Shown here: positions 6,507-13,745 of the stretch, one piece after another | How the letters are laid out: each line of letters opens with the position of its first letter | How positions within the stretch are numbered: the first letter of the stretch is position 1 | NCBI GenBank assembly: GCA_964619725.1 | Contig: CAZUFC010000181.1 | Coordinates: forward strand, 1 to 13,745 | From: an uncultured bacterium | GTDB lineage: Bacteria; CSSED10-310; CAZUFC01 | Length of the DNA: 13,745 nucleotides | Direction of reading: 5' to 3' | Notes under the pieces: model-generated | What the model saw: only the letters and a program-made list of their open reading frames with translations | Told to the model about the DNA's origin: nothing | Database searches by the model: none | Translations under genes and position numbers: made by a program

Positions 6507-7739
6507 CTAAGCGGAGAATATGGTCAGAAGGAGTTCGGCATCATCAATGAGCCGGTAAACCGGTTTCCTGTTGGAAAGCTTTTCGCTTTCTTTTAAGATG
6601 ATCGGAACGCCGTCTCCTCTTTTTTCCATATAAAATTTTCGTAAGACGACTCCTGAATATTCCGGAAGTGGCGTTTCAGCCAGCAGGCTTGTAATCAGTT
6701 CATTTCTTGTGGCTTGTCGGAGGGCTATATTATCCACAGTTACGGTATTGGGGAGAGAACCGGGCGAATACAATTCAAGGCGATCGTCAAAGATGAAGAA
6801 GCGTATTTTGGAGGCGTAAATGGAATAATCGCGGTGGGCGACGGCATTGACGATAGCCTCAAAGACGGCTCTTTCGCTGAACTGCCTGGATTCAACACGA
6901 TGAGGAGCTTTGACTGCTTTCACGGTCTGGTTTCTTTTAAGAAAAGAGATGGCCTGGTCTATCTGTCGATTCAGCGGACCCCGTATTTTTTGAGCGTCTG
7001 TCTGATAATTAGAATCCTGTCTTATTCCACGATATCGTACCGCCTCGATATAGGCGTTGGGCATAAAATCTTCCGGCTGCTCGCAGCACAGAAGTATTCC
7101 GGCGACTGAAGCCCTGATGGTTCCGTTTTGTTCTTTCGCCAGTAGGTTGCGTTTAAGAAGTACAGTTTTTTCCGGTTCGTCAGATCGAGTCGTATAGTTA
7201 GTCCATAGTTGCTCGGACAGATCGTTAATGCCGGATTCCGGGACCGTTTGTTCATCAAACCTGATGAGTCGGGCCTGACTTTTCTGCTGTCCGAGTCTGA
7301 GGAGATAATCCGTCTGCATTTCTCTTTTCGAGCTGCCCTGCCGATAAAAATATCCTCCAGGACTTTTGTGGACGAAAAGACTGCGTGGAATTTCTATAAC
7401 CATCACCGGCCTTAATAAGCCTTCAGCATCAGGCAACTCCATCCTGAAAGACCTGAAGCGGACCGGGGGTTTTATGCTGTCGTTGCATATTTCAAAAATA
7501 AATTTTTCAACAATGTCCAGACGGTCGACAGGAATACCTGTTATATCCCCTGTTTTATCATCTACACCAAGAACGAGGGCGCCGTCGTAAGTATTCGCTA
7601 TGGCAGCTATTTCATCCGCCAACTTATCGCGATGCGGTCCATAAACTTTATTTCCCCTGAATTGGATATTTTTGAGTTCAATTTGAGTATCCTCACCGAG
7701 CCTTATCTTTTTTAGCAATTCTTGAGAACTGTCAAACAT
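6507..7739 (-). CDS. Schlafen/AlbA_2-domain protein with HATPase_c_4 (RecG-C-like) domain
   Basis: 410 aa. GEDTQIELK (ExxxxExK) and AIANTYDGALVLGVDD are AlbA_2/Schlafen motifs; EAIVNAVAHRDY, DDRLELYSPG, RNELI and EKRGDGV are HATPase_c_4-type motifs. RBS GGAGGGG lies inside the upstream gene, with an 8-bp overlap. Confidence 0.93.
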   Translation of the reverse strand: MFDSSQELLKKIRLGEDTQIELKNIQFRGNKVYGPHRDKLADEIAAIANTYDGALVLGVDDKTGDITGIPVDRLDIVEKFIFEICNDSIKPPVRFRSFRMELPDAEGLLRPVMVIEIPRSLFVHKSPGGYFYRQGSSKREMQTDYLLRLGQQKSQARLIRFDEQTVPESGINDLSEQLWTNYTTRSDEPEKTVLLKRNLLAKEQNGTIRASVAGILLCCEQPEDFMPNAYIEAVRYRGIRQDSNYQTDAQKIRGPLNRQIDQAISFLKRNQTVKAVKAPHRVESRQFSERAVFEAIVNAVAHRDYSIYASKIRFFIFDDRLELYSPGSLPNTVTVDNIALRQATRNELITSLLAETPLPEYSGVVLRKFYMEKRGDGVPIILKESEKLSNRKPVYRLIDDAELLLTIFSA

Positions 7740-10518
7740 TTATCCCCTCCAACGCAATTCTCCGATAGCGCTCTTCAAAAGCTTTACGCCCTCCTTCCAT
7801 AACGGCACAGATGACCTCTCTGACACTTTTTTCCTGCAGGCTTCCTTCACATTCTTTATGAGTTTCTCCGCCGCCTGGTTTAAGGCCGATTACGAATTCA
7901 GCATCTCCGTTAACAACTATATTCGCGTTGTGCGTCACGACTATAACCTGACGGCGCCGTTTAATGTCTCGTAATTGCGTCACGATTAGATCATAGATCA
8001 AATGATTGTCCAGATCATCTTCCGGTTGATCAAGAATCAATGGTTCTTCTCCATAGGAAAGCAAAAAAGCGAGCAATGCAGCAGTCTTTTGTCCCGGTGA
8101 ACCTTCCTGGATCGAGCGGAATTTTTTCCCATCGGCGGTTGTGCTGTACCGAATTTCAAGAGAATCTTCGGGGAACCAGAGTTCAATGCGATCCAGAGTT
8201 TCAGGAGTCAATTTTTTTAAATGGGCGACAAAACGCTTATCGGATAAAAACTCATTATCATCGTTTGAATCCATTGTGATTTTTTTTACCCTGTTTTTTA
8301 TTTTCTTTACGTTTCTTTCAATAGCCTGATCGTTACCCTCAGCGTTTTTTTTATCAACACCTCTGTATAGTTCACCGAGAAGCCCATGCCCCTCAATTGA
8401 TCCAATGTCTTTTTCAAATGCGCCGTCTTCCCGATTAATTAACCGGCTGAATTCATTTTCAGATGATTCCCTTGCACCGTAAGGAACGATTGTTATACTG
8501 ACATAGTGGTTATCGCGCAGTACTTCATTCAAGAATTTCCGGCGTTTTATTGTAATATCCCGGCGTAGAGCCGTCAGTCGTTCAATATGTTCATCTGCTT
8601 GTCCGCTTAATTCCTCGACCTGCTTTTTTCGTTCCTTCAGTTCGATCATCTTTTGCTCTATGTTCTGCCGCCTTTGAACAAGCTCTCCATATACCGCCGG
8701 GTCTCCAACGCCTGCTTCCGATAATTTCTCCACCAGTTTTTGATATGCCTTTTCCGCATCTACAACACTTTTTTTCCATTTTGACTCATTCCTCGTTTTC
8801 TTCCATTCTTCATTTATTGCATCAATTTCGGCAGCTAAATTCAAAACCTTTTTACTGATTTCTTCTATTTTTTTTGCTGTCTTTTCGGCGTTGCCCAGCA
8901 TCTTTGTTTCTTCTTCAGAGTTTAAATCAAAATCATTTTCTTCAAGGTTGTCAGGAACAATTTCGGAAGCAATGTTCCGTAACTGCTCTCCAATATCGCT
9001 CCAACTTTCTTCCCACAATTCTACTTTCCGATTTTGGCGTTTTCTCTTCTGGTAATTTTTAAGTATTTCAGCGTGACCGTCTTTTTCAAAGACTTCCATT
9101 TTTCTTTTGATATCGTCGAGTTCTCCTTGCAAGCGCTGTTTATTGGGCAGTGCACTTTCTATTTCTCTGGCTTTGGCGCGTAGTGAAAGGAACCGGGCTT
9201 TTTCGGCATTCCATTTTTCTTCCCAGGAACGTCGATCAACTTCCGGAGCGTCATCAACGACTTTGAGTAAAGCCAACGGAGCTTTAGCGAGCTGGAATAT
9301 TTGTTTCTGACTATAGATTCTTAAAGGGAAACGCTGTTTTATATCCCCTTCTGCTTTGGTCCATCGGTTATTCTTCATCTGTTCTATCGGTTCCATTGTG
9401 CCGGCTGGATTCCATTGAATTCTGAAGCGCGCTCCATTCTTACGATAGATTACTCGAATAGCCGTATTCCTCCTCATGAGTCCACTGTCATTTCGATTCG
9501 TATAGATGTTTTCGTATTTTTCGAAATCTTCCTTCAGTTCGTCAGGCAATTCATTTCTTCGTCGAAGCGCTATACGAAGGAATTCAACAACAGTGGATTT
9601 CCCCGTTCCTCTACCCCCAATAATAGCGTTCAGCCAGGGATTAAATTTTATTGAAAAGGTTTCTGAGCGGCCAATATATTGTGCTTCAGAAATATCGATA
9701 GATTCTATAACTTCAGGACCATGAGCATTAGGATCGTCTTCGGTCTCATCAGAGCGTCGGATGGATAGAGGACCGTCAAGGAGAGCCAGCCGAAGACCTT
9801 CTATACATGGCTTACTCATCTTGATCCATGTAAAATGACTGCCTGGAAAGCGTTGACCGACAGAACCGGAAGGATGATGAGAATCCGATCCTAAAATTTG
9901 AGTCCAATGCTTTTTTTTATCAACGTACAATTGCGGCATTTGGAAATTTTTATCCATAAGTTCCATAGCGAATATGTTGTCGCAATCTAATGCCTGCTGC
10001 AAGGTTCCTCCTTTTAAGGACAACAGTCCATTATTCTCATCAACATGCGCAGGAATCACTATGCCGCCGACTGATACGACGGCTTCAACGACTTCTGCAA
10101 ATGCTTTACAGGTAACGGTATCGCTATTACCCTTCTTTCCTTCGTATTCTACTTTGCCGAGCAGTTGATCTATGTCTGAAGAGCTTTTTGAAGGATCGAA
10201 AATAGCCAGGACATGGATGCCTCCGTTAACCGTGATCTCTGTTCCCGGAAAGAGATACAGCTCCCGATATTCTTCCGGTTTTTCTGTTGTTAAATCTGAA
10301 AGCGCTTCCTTCAGTATATCTATCCAGGCTCCGCTGTTGTGGTCGGTGATCGACACGCAATCAATACCCGCTTTCATATAATCAAGCAGCCACTCTTTTG
10401 GCGAACGCGTTTTCAGTATTTCACGATTCTGTCCTTTTCCATAATCATCCGATGCGGGAGCATGAGCGTGCAGGTCGAATTTCCACCAGCGCGCTCCTTT
10501 CCAATTCCAATTCGTCAT
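7732..10518 (-). CDS. ppl: PHP phosphoesterase fused to an SMC-like ABC ATPase (TrlF family / Ppl-type anti-phage protein), 928 aa
   Basis: PHP motifs DLHAH, ITDHN, GTEIT, IPAHVD, GSDSH; Walker A GGRGTGKST; Q-loop IYSQ; long coiled coil; signature GSPGQK; Walker B/D-loop LILDQPEDDLD; H-loop VVTHN. Start moved from 10638 to ATG 10518 (MTNWNWKGARWWK), which is preceded by AAGGGGAG. Confidence 0.9.
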   Translation of the reverse strand: MTNWNWKGARWWKFDLHAHAPASDDYGKGQNREILKTRSPKEWLLDYMKAGIDCVSITDHNSGAWIDILKEALSDLTTEKPEEYRELYLFPGTEITVNGGIHVLAIFDPSKSSSDIDQLLGKVEYEGKKGNSDTVTCKAFAEVVEAVVSVGGIVIPAHVDENNGLLSLKGGTLQQALDCDNIFAMELMDKNFQMPQLYVDKKKHWTQILGSDSHHPSGSVGQRFPGSHFTWIKMSKPCIEGLRLALLDGPLSIRRSDETEDDPNAHGPEVIESIDISEAQYIGRSETFSIKFNPWLNAIIGGRGTGKSTVVEFLRIALRRRNELPDELKEDFEKYENIYTNRNDSGLMRRNTAIRVIYRKNGARFRIQWNPAGTMEPIEQMKNNRWTKAEGDIKQRFPLRIYSQKQIFQLAKAPLALLKVVDDAPEVDRRSWEEKWNAEKARFLSLRAKAREIESALPNKQRLQGELDDIKRKMEVFEKDGHAEILKNYQKRKRQNRKVELWEESWSDIGEQLRNIASEIVPDNLEENDFDLNSEEETKMLGNAEKTAKKIEEISKKVLNLAAEIDAINEEWKKTRNESKWKKSVVDAEKAYQKLVEKLSEAGVGDPAVYGELVQRRQNIEQKMIELKERKKQVEELSGQADEHIERLTALRRDITIKRRKFLNEVLRDNHYVSITIVPYGARESSENEFSRLINREDGAFEKDIGSIEGHGLLGELYRGVDKKNAEGNDQAIERNVKKIKNRVKKITMDSNDDNEFLSDKRFVAHLKKLTPETLDRIELWFPEDSLEIRYSTTADGKKFRSIQEGSPGQKTAALLAFLLSYGEEPLILDQPEDDLDNHLIYDLIVTQLRDIKRRRQVIVVTHNANIVVNGDAEFVIGLKPGGGETHKECEGSLQEKSVREVICAVMEGGRKAFEERYRRIALEGINV

Positions 10519-10719
10519 AATTCTTCTCCCCTTAAGCCCGGCATTTGTAAAAAAATCGAATAACTTTTGGATTTTTCCCGATGATCTTTCTGAGATATGC
10601 AAATGTTTTTTTTCCGATCCGATCATTTCCATGTTCAAAAATCTGAAAATGCATTTTAACCTTCATCGTGCTGATAACATCTTGACGCTTCTATCCGCGA
10701 GAACAGAATAACCGCTTAT

Positions 10720-10748
10720 TTTATAAAGGTTAAAAGAGAATTTGTCAA
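10720..10748 (-). promoter_or_regulatory. Sigma70-type promoter for the ppl-Schlafen operon
   Basis: Minus strand reads TTGACA (10748-10743), 17 nt, TATAAA (10725-10720), about 200 bp upstream of ATG 10518. Confidence 0.7.
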
Positions 10749-10792
10749 TCAAAGATACCGGCAACGCTTTTCTGATCCTAATGAAAAAAATC

Positions 10793-10952
10793 GGCATTGA
10801 TCAAACGTGCGTCTTTTGAGGTAACAATTCGACAGAATATCTCATCATTACGTTTCGATTTCGATCCCGACTGCAATACCGACCCCGATACCGATTACTG
10901 AAAAAACTGTCAAACGTTTTGAAAGAAGTGTAACCACGGTTTGATCAGTCCC
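10793..10952 (+). mobile_element. MITE copy 3 (160 bp), 7 internal hexamers
   Basis: TIRs GGCATTGATCAA and TTGATCAGTCCC, with a perfect 8-bp TSD AAAAAATC at 10785-10792 and 10953-10960. Confidence 0.93.
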
Positions 10953-11264
10953 AAAAAATCGATAAATATTCCGATTCTCTGTTTCTCCCCCACGATCTTA
11001 ATTACAATAAATTATTCTACGTCCCGAAGATACTCACCGTCCGTTCTTTTCCGGGGTCATTAGCGACCTTTCGAGGATAGAAACCTCCCAAAAAGCCGTT
11101 TAATTTTTCATCACCCTTCCGAACCGTCATTGCATTTCAAGAGGCATCGTACACGTTTTCGGGTGTAAAATGGCATTTTTTTGATTTCCTTTTTCCGTTC
11201 ATACTGATGCTTTCCTGGTTCCGTATTACCTTCTTTTATGATTTGACGATGATACCGGCAGCTC

Positions 11265-11305
11265 TTCCGAGACGGTATGGAAATTGCTATCATTATATCG
11301 GAGGT
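11265..11305 (+). promoter_or_regulatory. Possible extended -10 promoter and strong Shine-Dalgarno for the propeller gene
   Basis: TGcTATCAT at 11285-11293, weak -35 TTCCGA 17 nt upstream, GGAGGT at 11300-11305, 6 nt before ATG 11312. Confidence 0.35.
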
Positions 11306-11311
11306 GTTTTT

Positions 11312-13588
11312 ATGGGTAGAACACTGGCGATGAATTATTGTCGGAGATGGAAAGGGATTTTTTATCGATACCGGCATTTCAGCGTTTTGAGAATGGATGT
11401 ACGGATTTTAATAATCCTTTATTTTTCATTTCTGTTTACTTTTTCCATTGCCGAATGCAGCGATTACAGCATAACCAACTGGACTAACGGCAATGCCCTG
11501 GTTGATTTCGTAGAAGCTGATGACGGTTTCTGGGCGGTTACTACCGGCGGGCTTGTTCGTTGGACTTTGCCGGAATTGAGTTATGTCAAATATACAACGG
11601 CGGACGGATTGGGTGACAACTGGTTCAAGAATGGTACGGCGGATTCTTCCGGGAATTTCTGGTTCGGTTCTGTATTCGGGGGTTTGATGAAGTATGACGG
11701 GACTGAGTGGGAGGTCATCACTGAGGAGGACGGCATTCCTTATAATGAGATAACGGCATTGGCCGTAGACTCTTCTGATCGTTTATGGGCGGGATTCGGA
11801 GCGGCATTCGGGAACGGTCTGGGCATACTGGAAAACGGCGAATGGTTCTATATCACCCGGAATGAGGGGTTGACTCATAATTATATTACGTGCATCGCCA
11901 TGGACTCAGCAGGCGCCTGGGTCGGGACACGCGGAGGCATCAACCGTATCGAAAATGACATCGTGGTTTCAGGATTCACCGAAGATAACGGTCTGCCGCC
12001 GGCGCGGGTCAGCTCTATTGCAGCGGACGATGCGGGTAATGTCTGGATAGGGACTGAATGCGGACTCAGTTTTTTCAACGGATGGTATTTTACCAATTAT
12101 TACATGGAGGACGGACTTCCCTCGGACAGGATCAACGATCTTTTGATTCGTGATGACGGGGCTTTGTTGATCGGCACATCCAACGGACTGGCCATATGGA
12201 ACCAGGATGAACGGTGCATTCTTGGACCTGCCGAGGGAATAAGCGGCAGGAACGTCAAGGCGCTTTATGCACTTGATTCTGACCTTATCTTGTGCGGGGT
12301 ATATAATCGGGGGATCGACCTGCTTGAGGACAGTTCAATCACCGGTCACATCAGGACGAATGACTGGCTGCCGGGGAATGAGATTCGGGGGCTTGCGTTT
12401 GAAGGCGATAAACTGTGGTACGCTACTTTTGAAGGCGGCGTCGGTTGGTACGACCGGCGGGCTCATACGCATGCCGCTTACTTTTCAGAACCGGGACTGG
12501 AAGGGACCCAGGTGCGGTGCCTGGCGATCGATCACGGCGGATTGAAATGGTTCGGGACTTTCGGCGACGGCGTTTACAGTTTCAATGATTCCGCGTGGCG
12601 TCATTATACCGTGGAAAACAGCGGCTTACCGGACGATAAAGTGCTGGGTATTTTCATCGATGACGACGGCAGCCGGTGGTTTGCTACGTTCGGCGGCGGG
12701 ATATGCCGTTATGACGGGTCTGACTGGGACATTATCGATGAATCGGACGGTTTGCCGATTAACCTGACTTACAACGTCACGAAAGACCTGGAAGGCTGTT
12801 ACTGGTTCTGCACCGACCTGGGCGTCACCCGTTACGACGGTGAAAACCTGGTGTCCTATTATGAAGAAGATGGCCTTATTTTTCACCGGGTCTATGAGGC
12901 TTCCGTTGATGCCGGCGACATCAAATGGTTCGGGGCTTGCAAAGGACTTTCGCTTTTTGACGGCGAAACTTTCACCAATTACACCGTCGATGACGGACTG
13001 GTTCATTACAGGGTGCGGGACATTATCTTTGATGAGGACGATAAAGCGTGGCTGGCGACGGGCGGCGGCGCGAACGTTTTTGATGGGGTAAATTTTGAGT
13101 CTATCACCACCGAAGACGGACTGGCAGGGTTTGAAACTTATGCCGTCGTTCACGGTACGGATGGGGCTCGCTGGTTCGGCTCACGCGGCGGCATATCAGT
13201 CGTCAGACCTGCCGGCGATCCCTGTCCCGCGACCGGAGTCACTCTTTCCATGCCTTCCCTGATATATCGTCCCGGCGATACCTGCTCCTGTTCGGTCGCC
13301 CTCTGCAATGCCGAAGGAACCTATCTTGAAGGGTATCCCCTGTTCGTGCTGCTGGAGATTTACGGGGATTATTATTTCGGACCCGATTTTACCTCTGAAT
13401 TTGATACTTACCTCGACCTTTATGCCGGTTTTACCGAAGGGGAAACGCCGGTTACCGTTATTGACCCCTTCGCCTGGCCTTATGATGCCGGGGCAGGCTC
13501 CGCTTCCTGGTTCGCCGGCCTGGCCGATCCTTCCATGTCGGTGGTTTTGGGGGATATTGACGTTTTCAGCTTTGTTTGGCTGGAGTGA
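11312..13588 (+). CDS. Exported beta-propeller repeat protein (two-component regulator propeller, Reg_prop-like) with a distinct ~120-aa C-terminal domain
   Basis: Many repeats of the type T..DGL..N.I..I..D..G..WFGT..G. Hydrophobic segment VRILIILYFSFLFTFSIAEC; no Y_Y_Y, TM or histidine-kinase module. Start chosen at ATG 11312 (GGAGGT RBS); ATG 11393 is an alternative and 11207 is the longest-ORF start. Confidence 0.88.
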   Translation: MGRTLAMNYCRRWKGIFYRYRHFSVLRMDVRILIILYFSFLFTFSIAECSDYSITNWTNGNALVDFVEADDGFWAVTTGGLVRWTLPELSYVKYTTADGLGDNWFKNGTADSSGNFWFGSVFGGLMKYDGTEWEVITEEDGIPYNEITALAVDSSDRLWAGFGAAFGNGLGILENGEWFYITRNEGLTHNYITCIAMDSAGAWVGTRGGINRIENDIVVSGFTEDNGLPPARVSSIAADDAGNVWIGTECGLSFFNGWYFTNYYMEDGLPSDRINDLLIRDDGALLIGTSNGLAIWNQDERCILGPAEGISGRNVKALYALDSDLILCGVYNRGIDLLEDSSITGHIRTNDWLPGNEIRGLAFEGDKLWYATFEGGVGWYDRRAHTHAAYFSEPGLEGTQVRCLAIDHGGLKWFGTFGDGVYSFNDSAWRHYTVENSGLPDDKVLGIFIDDDGSRWFATFGGGICRYDGSDWDIIDESDGLPINLTYNVTKDLEGCYWFCTDLGVTRYDGENLVSYYEEDGLIFHRVYEASVDAGDIKWFGACKGLSLFDGETFTNYTVDDGLVHYRVRDIIFDEDDKAWLATGGGANVFDGVNFESITTEDGLAGFETYAVVHGTDGARWFGSRGGISVVRPAGDPCPATGVTLSMPSLIYRPGDTCSCSVALCNAEGTYLEGYPLFVLLEIYGDYYFGPDFTSEFDTYLDLYAGFTEGETPVTVIDPFAWPYDAGAGSASWFAGLADPSMSVVLGDIDVFSFVWLE

Positions 13589-13695
13589 TTTGTCTGGGTT
13601 GGTTTTTTTCTGGTTTTTGGTTGTTGGTTTTTGGTTTTTGGTTTTTTTTATGTTTGAGTTGGTTTTTTTTCCGCTTTTTTTTGGGGTTTATTGTG
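13589..13695. repeat. Low-complexity T/G-rich tract (TTGGTTTTT-like units)
   Basis: Almost only T and G immediately after the stop codon, close to the window end. Confidence 0.6.
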
Positions 13696-13745
13696 TCCTT
13701 CCGGTAAGCATGCACAGGGCAAATTTTTTTCCACGGCAAGGCATG

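Noticed and set aside
10519-10638. 40-aa N-terminal extension of the PHP-ATPase in the ORF track
   Set aside because: It starts at a TTG without a clear RBS. ATG 10518 has AAGGGGAG and directly precedes the family-typical GARWWKFDLHAH.
5692-10952. Composite transposon formed by MITE copies 2 and 3 carrying the ppl-Schlafen operon
   Set aside because: Each copy has its own TSD and the outer flanks (TGCTTTTT versus AAAAAATC) do not match, so they inserted independently. They could still mediate deletion by recombination.
11207-11311. Longest-ORF start of the propeller gene
   Set aside because: No RBS; GGAGGT precedes ATG 11312 instead.
13712-13745. c-di-GMP-I riboswitch-like start GCACAGGGCAAA
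   Set aside because: It is not followed by the P2 stem, GAAA tetraloop or GACGCAAAG, it lies in doubtful sequence, and it is cut by the window end.

Overview
Bacterial, accessory-looking window with four real CDSs and an unusually repeat-dense non-coding fraction. Minus strand: a 1264-aa secreted modular protein (gingipain/C25-like His-Cys protease domain, Ca-binding DxDxDG repeats, six FG-GAP/VCBS-like repeats, LamG domain, three H-type-lectin-like repeats; 1584-5378). Also on the minus strand is an AT-richer two-gene operon with an 8-bp gene overlap: a PHP-phosphoesterase/SMC-like ABC-ATPase of the Ppl/TrlF type (7732-10518) followed by a Schlafen/AlbA_2 + HATPase_c_4 protein (6507-7739), behind a near-consensus sigma70 promoter. 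This is a candidate two-component anti-phage system. Plus strand: an exported Reg_prop beta-propeller protein with no kinase module and a distinct C-terminal domain (11312-13588). Non-coding features: three complete copies of a 160-196 bp MITE (12-bp TIRs GGnAyTGATCAA, each copy with its own 8-bp target-site duplication and a variable internal CGATNN hexamer array) plus two remnants; a solo integron attC-like site with decayed cassette-like ORFs; a duplicated module of 9-mer arrays and a 13-bp hairpin with three compensatory base-pair changes; and a 10-bp-periodic inverted repeat. No rRNA, tRNA, CRISPR array, transposase or integrase was seen. All family assignments come from reading motifs by eye; no searches were run.
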